Of a DNA stretch of 64,000 nucleotides, positions 25,168 to 36,426 are shown piece by piece. The stretch lies in IMG/VR virus record IMGVR_UViG_3300022552_000002, positions 45,974 through 109,973 of that record. One strand, given 5' to 3'. The notes beneath the pieces were generated by a model. That model searched no databases. It saw only the letters and a list, made by a program, of their open reading frames with translations, and was not told the DNA's origin. Source of the stretch: a virus. A program made the position numbers and the translations under genes. Numbering within the stretch: position 1 is the first letter of the stretch; each line of letters opens with the position of its first letter.

Positions 25168-28100
25168 ATGACAGGCGGTGGCCGAAGTATCACCTTCGGC
25201 GTTAATATATCTGTCAAAGAATTAGGTCTGATCAAGAAGCTTGCTACAGAGCTTCGTGAGTTCTCTACTGGTGCGATTGAAGCAGCAAAAGGTTTAGCTG
25301 CCATCAATAAAGTTGGTGGTCAGATTAATCCAGCGAATATCGATAAAGCAGCACAAGCTTTCGATAAACTAAATCAAGCTTTTCAAAGAATAAAAACAAC
25401 AAGTTCTACCGCAGGTCTTGGTTCTGTAGCTAAAGAAGTTAGTCAAGCTACTGGACAAATGGATGGTTTCACTCGAAAAACATCTACATTGCGTAGTCAA
25501 TTGGCTGAAGTAAATAAAGAAGCTTCAAAGATATCTACATCAATAAAATCAGACGAAGCATTAAGGGCAACTAAAACACAAATTGATAATACAAGATCTG
25601 CAACAAATAAATTACTTAGTAATTTTCAAAAGATATTATCTACAAGACAAAAACTTTCTCAATCAGAACGAGATGGCGTAACAGTAACTCAGTCAGTAGT
25701 AACTCAAGCCAATAGAGCTGTGGAGAGCTTTAGACAACTCCACAGAACCACACAATTCAATATTCAGGCATTCAGTGCTGCTTCTAAAAATGTAGAGAAG
25801 TTAGGTGTTGATGCAGATACAGTAAAGAATAGATATAAAAAAGTATCTGATGTTGTTAAACAATTAGTAGGAGAAATTCAAAAATTAGCAGCAACATCTC
25901 AACAAAGAATTAATCTAGAAAAACAAGCGAATGCTGTAATTAAAAGTTCTGGTCGTATTGCTGCATCGAAACAACTTCAACAAGCACAACAGAATCTCAA
26001 CAAAGAAAAAATCAAAGGCATTGAGCTGACTTCTCAGTTAGCTCAGATCGAAAGAGAAAGAGCGCGTGCTGCTCAACAACGTAGAGAGATAGTTGCTACA
26101 CCACGAGGTGCATTTGGTGCTGGTGCAGCTGGTGCCGATGCTCAATCTAAATCAATAGAAGCGGCAACAAAAGCTCTTGATGCATACGATAATAGACTTA
26201 AAGCATCTAAAGCTCTTATAGAACAACACAATCAAGTTCAACGTACAGCTGCACAAGTTACATTGAGAACTGCTGCCGTTAGAAATGCAGCAGCAATGGA
26301 AGTTCGTGCTGCTCAAAACATGATCGCACAAGGTTTTAGTCAAGTTTCACAGAAGGAATTACAAAGAGCACAACAATCGAGACTTTTTGCACAACAAGAA
26401 CTTGAAAATGCTAAGAAAGTTTTAGCAGCCAGACAACAAACTTTCCAACAATCGGCTGCTGCCTCTAAAGTATATGATAAGACTCAAAAAGACCAAATAA
26501 GAACAAGTCAAGCTCTTATAAATCAACAACAAAGACAGAGTGGTTTTCTTAATAAAATAAATGAAGGTTTTACTAGAGTTATTAGAACACAATTACTTTA
26601 CTTTGCTTCTACAATATTGATATTCGGAGCTATCGCAAAACTCAATGCATCATTCGAATCTCTTGTTGAACTTTCTGGACGTACAGCTAGAGCATTTGCT
26701 GTTTCTCGTTCTTCTGTACTTCTCTTTGAAGAACGTTTTGTTGCTCTACAAGAAGCAGTAGAAACAACCGCTGCTGTAACTGGTGAATCTATCAACGATG
26801 TAAGTGAAGCTATTTTCCAATTTGGTAGTGCTGGTCTTCAAGCAGAAGAATCTATTGCAGCTCTTGAATCTACAATGAATCTGATTCAGGCAACTGGTGC
26901 AGATGTAACAACTACTACAAAAACAATTGCAGCAACATATCGTTTGATGCGTGGTCAACTTGAAGATGTTGGCGATCAAACAGCAAAGTTCGCACGTATC
27001 AATGATATTATTGCTGCCACATATAGAGACAACCAAGTTGAAATTAACGACTTCACTCAAGCAATGAAGTTTGCTCTTCCTGTATCACGCCAGTTGAATC
27101 TTAATCTTGAACAGACTTCTGGAATCATCGCTCTCTTACATAACAACTTCATTCGTGGTGGTGAATCTGGTAGAGCACTACGTGTCATCTTCTCGCGTAT
27201 GTCGAGAGAGATGGATCAATTCTCTGAAGCATTTGGTATTGCAATCGATCCAGATAAACCATTAGATTTCTTAGATGTAATGGAACAGATTAGCAATCGA
27301 ATGAACACTGGTGCAATCACAGCTAATCAAGTTGCTACTGTTTTCGAGAGATTAGGTCTTCGTGGTGCAAATGCTTTCATTATTATGGCTCAACAATTTG
27401 AAGAATTAAATGGTGTTATCGGTAAATTAGAAGACACTTCTGCTGGTGCAGCGAAATCAATGGCACTTATCAAACGTGAAAGCGATCCAGGACAGCTTAA
27501 AGTATTTACAGAGAATATGCTGATACTTGGTCGTACAGCAATTGAACCTATTGGATTTATTATTTTGAAAGTTGTTCGAGCAATTAATACATTTGCAGAA
27601 GCAATTAGAGACACAGGAGTAGAAAAAGTTCTTGGTATTTTATTGAGACTAGTTTCTGTTCTTATCACAATAAAAGTTGCTGCTGCTCTTGCTTCACTTA
27701 TTTTTGGTCAACTTGGTATCAGCACTGGATTCATGGCTACTTCATCAATAGCCGCAGCATTAGCACAAGGTAAATTAATATTTGCAATGGAGTCTTCTTT
27801 AATAGTTGCTAAGAAAAATATCGCAACTATGCTTTCGCTTTCTGGTGCTTTGAATGTTTTGAAATTAGCAGCAATCAAAACTGGTGCAGTTCTTATTGCT
27901 GCTTTTCCATATGTAGCAATTGTAGCGTTAATTGGTGTTTTAGTTTATTGGATTTATCGACAAATTACAGCACAAGAAAGATTGATTGAGATAAATAATG
28001 AGAGACTCGAACAAATCAGAGAAGAAAAGAAGGAAAGAAATGAACAACTTGCTTCTTATGACAATACAATAGCAAAACTTGAAGATCTTAATCGAGCTTA

Positions 28101-31100
28101 TGAAGAGAATCGCACCACTATATTAGAAACGCGCAAAGCAATATCTGAAGCTGTTAAATCTCATGGAGAACTTGGTATTGCGGCAGCTGTTGCTGGTGAT
28201 GATCTTGGTTTATTTATCAATAAAACTAAAGAACAAAGAGCACAAATTCAAAGTTTATTAGATGAATTAAAGAAAGAAGATAAAGAAATATTCAAACAAA
28301 ATATAGAAATATTCACACAAAATATCGACAATGCTGCTGCCGCATATGCTAATCTTCAAGATCAATTAGATAGAGGCGTTATACAAAAAGCTAGTCCTCG
28401 TGGATTGATTCAAGAGTTTAAAATAACTGAAGGTGAAATCGAAAATCAAAGAGAAAAATTAGCTCAATATCAAAAGAACGCGAGAGATGCTGCGCTTGAA
28501 ATGATAAAACTTGCTAATAGTAATGGCGAATTAGCAAGATCGTTTGGTGTAGTAATTAACGAAGCATTTTCTGTTGCAGCATCTATGAATGCTTCAGCAG
28601 AAAATGCAAAAAGTTTTGGAAATGTATTAGAATATTTAGAAAGAACAGCTATAAATCTTTCAGAACTTCCTCTTAGAGAAAAGATTGATGAACTTAGAAA
28701 AACAGTTGAAGGTTTAGAAGGACTAAGACTAAAGTTTTTGTTCAAATATGATTTCATTATTCCACAAGAAAGCATTAATGAAGCAAAAAAGAAAACACAA
28801 GATGCTATCAATAAAATTAAATTACTAACTAAATCTGATAGAGAAATAAAAATTACTTTATTGTATGAAGAAGAAGATTTCTCTATTAATATGGAACATG
28901 TAAAAAAGAATGCAGATCAATTAGCAGAAATTACTAATTCTGCTATGAGAGATGCAACAAAAGGTTTAGATTTAGCACAATATATTACAGTAGATGACCA
29001 ACAAATTGTTAATTTATTCGAAGCTGTTGCAGAAAATACAAAACTTATAAAAAGTGGTTTTCAAGAAGGATCTAAAGAAGCTGTAAAATTTGCAAATAAT
29101 GCTAAGAAAATAGACGATGTTCGGCGTAGTATTCTTTCTCAAGCACAATTTTACGCTAAAAATCGAAACGAAATTGAAATTATCGAAAGAACTATCAATA
29201 CGCTCCTTGAAGATAGAGTCGCATTAGCAGAATATTTAGTGGTATTACAACAAAGACAAATAGCTGTCACTTCTGCATATAATTTGCAATTGAATGCAGA
29301 AATAGATCTACTTCAGAAGACAAGAAATCTTAGTCTCAACACAACAAAAAATACACAAGATCGAGTTGATGCAACAAGAGAACAAGTTGTTGCTACAGGT
29401 ATATTATATAGAGGTGCTGTTGCTAATGAAAAAATAGCAAGAAATAATTTGAAGACAATTGAAGATACGAAAAAAGGTATTCTAGGTACTATACGTCATT
29501 ATTTAACATTAAAAGAAGCTTCTAGTGAAGTAGAAAATGCCACAAAAGAAAGAGGCGAAATATACGAAAATCATAGAAAGTCATTAGAAGGACATACTAA
29601 ATCGCTTTTGGCTCAAGTCAATTGGACACATCAAATGAAGTCAGAAATTGAAAAATCATTTGATGCTCATAGAAAAATAAATCTTTACGGAGAAGATAGA
29701 GTTAGTCAATTAAGAGCAGAACTTGTTCATCAACGAAATATCATTAAAGAAGAAAAAAGATATTTAAAAGATTTAATAAGTGAAGGAATTATTCTTGAAG
29801 ATAAAGAAATTTTGAAAGCAAAAGATAGAGAATTAAGGGCCAAAACTGCTGAGTTACAAAGAAAAGAAACTCAAGAAATTTTCAAACAAAATATTGGATT
29901 GTTAAAAAATGCACAAGCTTTAGAATTAGCTTTAGCATCTGGTTCAGAGATGTTAAAAGTTAGCCAAAATATTGCTTTAATAGATGCTCGACTTGTAAAT
30001 GAAATGGAATTGTATAATAAATTGGTAAAAAGAATTAAAAAAGAAGAAAATAGTGTATATAGATTAGATAGACAAAGACTTGTGGTAATGGGTAGAATTA
30101 GAGCAGAAGCCGAAAAACGAGTTAAACAAGTTATTAAAGCTTTCGAAAAAGAAGTAGATATACGCAATCAATTTATCGAACAAGTCAACACAATAAGAGA
30201 AATGAATATAGCATTAGAAGAATCAAAAGACATTAAGGAACAAATACTCATTAGCACTATGGAAGAGCAAATTGCTTCTAAAGAATTAGAAACCATACAA
30301 AATAGAATCAATGTAATTGAAAAAGAAAGAGAGCTACAAGGATTTAGTGAGATTACAAGAAGATTAGAATTAAATAATCTGTACAACCAACAAGCAGATA
30401 TAATCAAGAATCGGATTGTTAAAGAACAACAAAAATTAAATAGTATTAGAGAAAAAGAAAGAAACTTAATAGATTCTGTTAACAATCTATATGGCAAACA
30501 ACTTGATAATATCGGACAAGTGAGAGACGCATTAGAAGAAGCATTCAAACCATTAGTTGAATTTGATTTCGATCAACGTCCATTTACTGCTGCTATCTTT
30601 GCTTCCCAAGCGCTTGGGAAGAATCTCTTAGAGATAGCTCAATTAAGTCCACAACAAGTTATTGATGAACTCAATACAGGTCTCCGTGAAGGAACTGTTG
30701 ATTTCAAGATATTCAGCGGTCATGCTCGAGAACTAGCTGAACATATTGCGCGCATTGGTGCAGAGGAAAGAGAGCTTCGTCAAATACAAGAAGATATAAG
30801 AGCACAAGAATTTGCAACAGATTTGCTTAGAGTTAAACGTGCATTATCTGTAGAAGACATAGAAGCAGCAAAAAAAGCTTTTGATAAACTTGGTGAGAGC
30901 GCTCAGGTTTTAGATCCCATTACTGGTAAAGTAGATTATGATGCTACTCGAAAAAATATGAATATGTTGAAAGATTTAGCAAATGAAATAGCAACAGCAT
31001 ATGAAGAAGCTGGAAATACAACTGAACAAAATCTAAAAAATCTTCAAACTAGATTGAATGAAATTCTTGGAGATATTGCTGAAGTAACAACAAAGATAGC

Positions 31101-34100
31101 AGATGAGTTAAAGAATACGAAGTTTGCAGATGCATTCTTCGATCAGATGACATCTATCATTCGTCAATTAAGAGATCTCAATGGGACGACCATTGAATTC
31201 AAAATCGATGATGTAACAGCACAGCTTGCTCGAATGAATGTGCTTGTTCCACAACCAACAGGATATCAAGAAGGTGGTCCTATTGGTGGGACAGGCAGAG
31301 GAGATATAGTTCCTGCTCTCCTCGAGCCAGGTGAATTCATAATACCAAGAAATGTAGTTGAATCTCTTGGTGTTGGATTCTTTGAAAACTTTAGAAATCC
31401 AAAGTTTGTTAAAAAGATTGCAGCTTTGAATGGCGTTAATGAGATTCCAAAATTTAAAGATGGCGGTCTTGTAGGATATCAAAATGGTGGTGCAGTTGAA
31501 TTTACTTCTGCCGAAGTATCAAATGCGTTCAATGCAATAGAATTTAGCGCAAAAGAAGTATCAGATGCATTAAATACTGTAGAGTTTTCTGCCAAAGAAG
31601 TAAATGAAGCGCTTTATGGAATTCAATTTTCTGCCAAAGAAGTAGCAGATGCATTAAATTCAATAGAATTTACTGAAGAAGAAATAATAAATGCAATGGA
31701 TTTGGAAAAAGCTATAGCGGCTTTACCAATGGGTGATGTTGATATTGATTTGGAAAAAGCTATAGCGGCTTTACCAATGGGTGATGTTGATATTGATTTG
31801 GAAAAAGCTATAGCGGCTTTACCAATGGGTGATGTTGATATTATAGAAAAAGAAAGAGCAGAATTGATTTCTAAATTGAGAGAAATGAATGCTGCTGGTG
31901 TTGATACAGCTGAAGAAATCAATCTAAGTGTCAGATTATTAAGAGGATGGGTTGAAAGATTAGAAGCAGAACCAATAGAAATGACAAAAGCAGTTGAAGA
32001 AGGATTTACTAATGTAGCTATGTCTACGGATTTAGCTTCTATTGTTGAAGAAGGATTTGCTAATATTGTAATAGACGAACCAAATAATGATAGGCAACAA
32101 TTGTTAGCAACATTAGCTGAATTAAGTCCTTCACAAGCTAAAACAGCTGAAGAATTAAATATAAGCAATAATCTTCTTGAAGCAGCAATTAAAGGACTCG
32201 AAAAAATAGCAGAAAAAGAAAGAATTATAGCAGAAGCAGGTTTAGGAAAAGAAGCCGATATTGGTCCTGAGAGAACAGAACAACTTCTTGATCTTCCTAT
32301 TGAAGAACTTAAAACAGCAATGAAAGAATATGTGGAATTTCGAAAATCCATATTAGAAAAAGAAAAACTTTTAGCAGAAGCAGGTTTTAAAGAATTTGGT
32401 CCTGGTAAAAAAGAAGAGTTAATCGACTTACCTATTGATGAGCTTGAAACTTTATTAAAAGAATACAAAAAAATACCATTATATGTAGAAGAAGGAGTAG
32501 AAATAGGAATAGGAGCACAACAAGATATAAAAATTAATTTTATTTATGAAGAAGAATTAGAAAAACTTAGATTAGAGTTAATGTCTCTTGATCAAACAAG
32601 AATCGAATTGTCATTTAATGCTACTGGATTAGATCAAATCAAAATCGATGTCAGAGGTATAGCTGAAGAAGTTCCTGGTAGCAAAAGAGCTGGCTTCCAA
32701 ACAGGTGGTCCTGTTCCTGGTATTGGTTCTGGAGATATAGTTCCAGCACTCCTAGAGCCAGGTGAGTTTGTTATACGCAAAGATATAGTAGATAAGCTTG
32801 GAATATCTTTCTTCAAAGATTTGAATAGATTTAAAGCTGGTGGCGTTGTTGGAATGCAGGCAGGAAGTCCTGGTAGTCCAATAACAACAGGTAATGTTCG
32901 CGGTTCTTTTGAATTACCAGCAATGGAACCATTTGTTGAACAAGTAAAAGTTGTTCGTGAAGAATTTGATAAAATTGCAGAAGATACAAAAGAAATTGCA
33001 AAAAATGTTGATAATGCGGAATTTGAAAAGATAACAAAAGAATTAGAAAATATAAAATCTCTTAATGTAGGTTTTGTTGAAAAATTGAGAGAAGCAGCAA
33101 AGTTATCTGGTAAAAAAATTGATGTTTCTAAATGGGGCGAACTCACCCAATATGCTAAAGAACTTGGTATTGATCCAATTATCATTACTCAAATGGGACA
33201 ACTTGGTACTGAAACTGATTCTACTGGTCAAATAATTAATAAGCTGCAACAAGAATCTGGTGGATATTTCTCTCAAATAAAAGAAATTATAAAAGGTGTT
33301 GGAAGTGGTGCAATTCCTGTTGGTAGAGCAATAACAGGTGTTCGTGCAGTTATTGGTAAATTCCAATCTGAAGTTTCAAATGCAAATAAAGAAGTTGTTG
33401 AATTTACTGAAGCATTACTCAATGCATTCGGTCCAAAGATTAGAAAAGCAATTCAATCTATTGTTAAAACATTCCAAGATGTTTTCGGAAGAATACTTCC
33501 TGGTTTATTTGGTGGTTTCTTAGATTCATTTATCGATACTCAAGTTGGTATAGTTGCAGCTGCCAATGAAGCAGCTGAACAAACAGCTGATGCTTATTAC
33601 GATGCTCGTGCAGATTTAGTTGAATCTTTGAAACGTAATGAAATTTCTTATTTCGACTACTTCAATAGTCTTGAAGATCTAAATAAAGATACTGCTGATA
33701 ATATGGCAGATGCAGCTATTCAAGCTGAACAAGATAGAGTAGAAGCTGTTGGTGATGCAATCGTTGGATTGACTAGCACAATACTAGATGAAGTAGGCAA
33801 ATGGGTAGATGGTTTTAGCGATTTCTTTGGAAACATAATTGATGGTTTCGTTGATATAGGCGTGGGCGTAGCCGATTCACTAGATGAAGTTGGAGCATTA
33901 ATAGGCAATATTATAGAAATGGGAATTGGCGCTCTTGGTGCAGCTGGTGGTGGAGGCATAGCAGCTGCCATTGGTGGTGTAGCCGGTACTGCATTGGCTC
34001 CTGGTGTTGGTACAGCTATTGGTGCTGGTGCTGGTGTTGCTATTGGATCTATTGTTGGTGGAGCTGTTGGATCTATATTTAAAACAGCTATTCCAATTGT

Positions 34101-36426
34101 AGGCGATATACTCAAAGCGTTTGAGCAAATGGCTTCGGCTGCGATCAAAGGTGTTCTTGATATTATTCCTTATATTGTTGAACTTGGTGCAATGACAGAA
34201 GATGAATTCAATGCATTAGTTGGATATACAAACAAAGCTAATGAACACATTAAGGGTGTTCTCGAGCTTCTTCCTGGTGATATTGAAACATTCACAAATC
34301 AATTCGCTGAAAGACTTCCTATTATAGTAAAGAAGTTTGAAGAGCTTCTTCCAGATATTATTACTGCTCTTGTTGGTGGTGTGAATAGTGCAGAGAAAAT
34401 GCTTGAAGGAGCAATACCAACTGTATTCAGAATAATCACAGATCAACTTGATAATATTATTGCTTTGGCAATTCCACAAATGCTTCGTTTCTTTAATTCT
34501 ATTCTTGATTCACTTCCAAGTTTATTCACTAGTATTTTCACTTCAATAATAAACAGTGCTAAGAATTTATTTAGTGGAAATAAACTTACTGTTTTGTTCC
34601 AAAATATAGTCGATACAATTACAGAAGTTTTTACTTCTTTTGCTAAAGATTTTGTGCGTCCATTGGCAGATTCATTAAAAGAAAATATGCCATCATTGAT
34701 TTTAGTTATGACAGAAACATTAGTTGAAGCAATACCGATTCTTACTGATGCAATGGTTATCGTTATCAATGCTATGGCAGATGTAATAGGAGATCCTGCA
34801 ATTCAAGATGCTCTAAAACGCGCAATGTTTGCTTTGTTTGGAGCGATGTTTGAAGCAATTAGAGAATTGGTTCCTGGCTTTGATGCATTCTTAGCAATTC
34901 TAGCAGCAGTAGTGTTAGTTGTTGGTACATTAGTTGGCGCAATAGCCGTTGGATTGTTAGGAACGTTATCTTTACTTCTTTTAGTTCTTTCTCCATTAAT
35001 TGTAACGCTTGGATTAGCCAATGCAATAATCATAGTTCTTGCTGGATTGATAGTAACCGTTCTGTTGCCACCACTCACTGCACTTATTGGATTCTTCGGA
35101 ATATTAGCATCTGTTATAATTGGAATCACATTGAAACCACTGATAGATTTGTTTGGATTCTTTGGAGACGTAATAGATGCTGTTGGTAAAAAACTCAAAG
35201 ACAATGAAAAAGTACAAGAAGCTATTCTTAAATTACAAGAGGCATTTGATAAACTTGGTGAAGCAGCTGGTAAATTGTTTGAAGCTCTTGGACCAGATAA
35301 AGCTGATCCAGATTTAATTGATGCTGTTGCAAATGCAATTGTATTTTTCATAGAAATACTATTACTGTTAGTTGTTCCACTTGAAATTTCAATAACAATT
35401 ATGACTCAGATGATAGATGTAATGACAAATGTTATAGATAGCTTAGGAAAACTTTTCCATATATTTAAACTGATAGATCAAATATTAGTTGGAGAAAGTG
35501 TTGTTCCGTCTTTGAATTTACTATATGACATCCTTGCGCTTGTTGATCGAGCAATCAATGAAACTGTTACATATTTAAGAAGCCTTGTGGCTGTGTTCTC
35601 GGCTCTCTTTAATCCTGTTCAGCAGATTGAAGACATTACTAATACTGTTGCTATATACTTTAATACACTTTCAGCAGCAATGTTGAATGCTATTGATCCT
35701 GTACAACAATTAGCTGATTTAATCGATGGTACTTTCACAACTGCAATGGATAATTTTAAAACGATTATTAATGGCATAATTGCTTTGATTCCAGAGCCAG
35801 GAGAAGTGCTCGAAGAAATAGATAATACAACAGGAAGTAATCTTTCAACAGCTGAACAACAACTTTCTGAAGGCGATCTTGTTGGCGCTTTTGGTTCTGC
35901 AACTGGTTTGTATCATCAAGGTGGTATATTTACTGTTCCTTCTGATCCACAAAGTCAGACTTTCTATAGTTCGCTTGGTTTGGCGTCTAACGAAGGTTTG
36001 GCTCTTCTCATGGACAAGGAAGGTATACTCACAGAAAGAGGCGTAGAAGCAATAGGTGGAGCTTCTGTGCTTGCTCAATTGAACCAGGGACAGAATCCAT
36101 TCACTCAAGAAGCAGCTGTTCAAGCTAGTGTAGCGTCTGCTTACGATACTGAAGAAGAAGCTGTTTCATTTAATGTTGGTACAATAGATGCTGGAACAGA
36201 ACCAATTGGAAGCGTTGGCAAAGCATCAAGTAGTGATTCTGTTAGTCAAGAAACCAATATAGAAGTAAACATTGATATGTCTAATTCAAACTATCAAAGT
36301 GAAACTGTAGCCCAGGACGTTGAAGAACAAATCGTTGGTTCTATGCAGAATCAAGAAGGAGCGATGTTCGAAGAAATAGACACTAAGTTTGGGAATGATA
36401 CAATGTCTGGAGTGAAACGTAGATAA
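25168..36426 (+). CDS. Tape measure protein (3752 aa)
   Basis: TP901-type TMP core (AIFQFGSAGL...NNFIRGGESGRALR), extensive coiled coil, hydrophobic segments and GDIVPALLEPGEF motifs. Follows the chaperones. Confidence 0.92.
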   Translation: MTGGGRSITFGVNISVKELGLIKKLATELREFSTGAIEAAKGLAAINKVGGQINPANIDKAAQAFDKLNQAFQRIKTTSSTAGLGSVAKEVSQATGQMDGFTRKTSTLRSQLAEVNKEASKISTSIKSDEALRATKTQIDNTRSATNKLLSNFQKILSTRQKLSQSERDGVTVTQSVVTQANRAVESFRQLHRTTQFNIQAFSAASKNVEKLGVDADTVKNRYKKVSDVVKQLVGEIQKLAATSQQRINLEKQANAVIKSSGRIAASKQLQQAQQNLNKEKIKGIELTSQLAQIERERARAAQQRREIVATPRGAFGAGAAGADAQSKSIEAATKALDAYDNRLKASKALIEQHNQVQRTAAQVTLRTAAVRNAAAMEVRAAQNMIAQGFSQVSQKELQRAQQSRLFAQQELENAKKVLAARQQTFQQSAAASKVYDKTQKDQIRTSQALINQQQRQSGFLNKINEGFTRVIRTQLLYFASTILIFGAIAKLNASFESLVELSGRTARAFAVSRSSVLLFEERFVALQEAVETTAAVTGESINDVSEAIFQFGSAGLQAEESIAALESTMNLIQATGADVTTTTKTIAATYRLMRGQLEDVGDQTAKFARINDIIAATYRDNQVEINDFTQAMKFALPVSRQLNLNLEQTSGIIALLHNNFIRGGESGRALRVIFSRMSREMDQFSEAFGIAIDPDKPLDFLDVMEQISNRMNTGAITANQVATVFERLGLRGANAFIIMAQQFEELNGVIGKLEDTSAGAAKSMALIKRESDPGQLKVFTENMLILGRTAIEPIGFIILKVVRAINTFAEAIRDTGVEKVLGILLRLVSVLITIKVAAALASLIFGQLGISTGFMATSSIAAALAQGKLIFAMESSLIVAKKNIATMLSLSGALNVLKLAAIKTGAVLIAAFPYVAIVALIGVLVYWIYRQITAQERLIEINNERLEQIREEKKERNEQLASYDNTIAKLEDLNRAYEENRTTILETRKAISEAVKSHGELGIAAAVAGDDLGLFINKTKEQRAQIQSLLDELKKEDKEIFKQNIEIFTQNIDNAAAAYANLQDQLDRGVIQKASPRGLIQEFKITEGEIENQREKLAQYQKNARDAALEMIKLANSNGELARSFGVVINEAFSVAASMNASAENAKSFGNVLEYLERTAINLSELPLREKIDELRKTVEGLEGLRLKFLFKYDFIIPQESINEAKKKTQDAINKIKLLTKSDREIKITLLYEEEDFSINMEHVKKNADQLAEITNSAMRDATKGLDLAQYITVDDQQIVNLFEAVAENTKLIKSGFQEGSKEAVKFANNAKKIDDVRRSILSQAQFYAKNRNEIEIIERTINTLLEDRVALAEYLVVLQQRQIAVTSAYNLQLNAEIDLLQKTRNLSLNTTKNTQDRVDATREQVVATGILYRGAVANEKIARNNLKTIEDTKKGILGTIRHYLTLKEASSEVENATKERGEIYENHRKSLEGHTKSLLAQVNWTHQMKSEIEKSFDAHRKINLYGEDRVSQLRAELVHQRNIIKEEKRYLKDLISEGIILEDKEILKAKDRELRAKTAELQRKETQEIFKQNIGLLKNAQALELALASGSEMLKVSQNIALIDARLVNEMELYNKLVKRIKKEENSVYRLDRQRLVVMGRIRAEAEKRVKQVIKAFEKEVDIRNQFIEQVNTIREMNIALEESKDIKEQILISTMEEQIASKELETIQNRINVIEKERELQGFSEITRRLELNNLYNQQADIIKNRIVKEQQKLNSIREKERNLIDSVNNLYGKQLDNIGQVRDALEEAFKPLVEFDFDQRPFTAAIFASQALGKNLLEIAQLSPQQVIDELNTGLREGTVDFKIFSGHARELAEHIARIGAEERELRQIQEDIRAQEFATDLLRVKRALSVEDIEAAKKAFDKLGESAQVLDPITGKVDYDATRKNMNMLKDLANEIATAYEEAGNTTEQNLKNLQTRLNEILGDIAEVTTKIADELKNTKFADAFFDQMTSIIRQLRDLNGTTIEFKIDDVTAQLARMNVLVPQPTGYQEGGPIGGTGRGDIVPALLEPGEFIIPRNVVESLGVGFFENFRNPKFVKKIAALNGVNEIPKFKDGGLVGYQNGGAVEFTSAEVSNAFNAIEFSAKEVSDALNTVEFSAKEVNEALYGIQFSAKEVADALNSIEFTEEEIINAMDLEKAIAALPMGDVDIDLEKAIAALPMGDVDIDLEKAIAALPMGDVDIIEKERAELISKLREMNAAGVDTAEEINLSVRLLRGWVERLEAEPIEMTKAVEEGFTNVAMSTDLASIVEEGFANIVIDEPNNDRQQLLATLAELSPSQAKTAEELNISNNLLEAAIKGLEKIAEKERIIAEAGLGKEADIGPERTEQLLDLPIEELKTAMKEYVEFRKSILEKEKLLAEAGFKEFGPGKKEELIDLPIDELETLLKEYKKIPLYVEEGVEIGIGAQQDIKINFIYEEELEKLRLELMSLDQTRIELSFNATGLDQIKIDVRGIAEEVPGSKRAGFQTGGPVPGIGSGDIVPALLEPGEFVIRKDIVDKLGISFFKDLNRFKAGGVVGMQAGSPGSPITTGNVRGSFELPAMEPFVEQVKVVREEFDKIAEDTKEIAKNVDNAEFEKITKELENIKSLNVGFVEKLREAAKLSGKKIDVSKWGELTQYAKELGIDPIIITQMGQLGTETDSTGQIINKLQQESGGYFSQIKEIIKGVGSGAIPVGRAITGVRAVIGKFQSEVSNANKEVVEFTEALLNAFGPKIRKAIQSIVKTFQDVFGRILPGLFGGFLDSFIDTQVGIVAAANEAAEQTADAYYDARADLVESLKRNEISYFDYFNSLEDLNKDTADNMADAAIQAEQDRVEAVGDAIVGLTSTILDEVGKWVDGFSDFFGNIIDGFVDIGVGVADSLDEVGALIGNIIEMGIGALGAAGGGGIAAAIGGVAGTALAPGVGTAIGAGAGVAIGSIVGGAVGSIFKTAIPIVGDILKAFEQMASAAIKGVLDIIPYIVELGAMTEDEFNALVGYTNKANEHIKGVLELLPGDIETFTNQFAERLPIIVKKFEELLPDIITALVGGVNSAEKMLEGAIPTVFRIITDQLDNIIALAIPQMLRFFNSILDSLPSLFTSIFTSIINSAKNLFSGNKLTVLFQNIVDTITEVFTSFAKDFVRPLADSLKENMPSLILVMTETLVEAIPILTDAMVIVINAMADVIGDPAIQDALKRAMFALFGAMFEAIRELVPGFDAFLAILAAVVLVVGTLVGAIAVGLLGTLSLLLLVLSPLIVTLGLANAIIIVLAGLIVTVLLPPLTALIGFFGILASVIIGITLKPLIDLFGFFGDVIDAVGKKLKDNEKVQEAILKLQEAFDKLGEAAGKLFEALGPDKADPDLIDAVANAIVFFIEILLLLVVPLEISITIMTQMIDVMTNVIDSLGKLFHIFKLIDQILVGESVVPSLNLLYDILALVDRAINETVTYLRSLVAVFSALFNPVQQIEDITNTVAIYFNTLSAAMLNAIDPVQQLADLIDGTFTTAMDNFKTIINGIIALIPEPGEVLEEIDNTTGSNLSTAEQQLSEGDLVGAFGSATGLYHQGGIFTVPSDPQSQTFYSSLGLASNEGLALLMDKEGILTERGVEAIGGASVLAQLNQGQNPFTQEAAVQASVASAYDTEEEAVSFNVGTIDAGTEPIGSVGKASSSDSVSQETNIEVNIDMSNSNYQSETVAQDVEEQIVGSMQNQEGAMFEEIDTKFGNDTMSGVKRR
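31699..31842 (+). repeat. Perfect 48-bp tandem repeat x3 within the tape measure gene
   Basis: GATTTGGAAAAAGCTATAGCGGCTTTACCAATGGGTGATGTTGATATT three times, encoding DLEKAIAALPMGDVDI. Confidence 0.97.

Noticed and set aside
31699-31842. 48-bp direct repeats as a possible CRISPR array
   Set aside because: The units are contiguous with no spacers and are in frame within the TMP.
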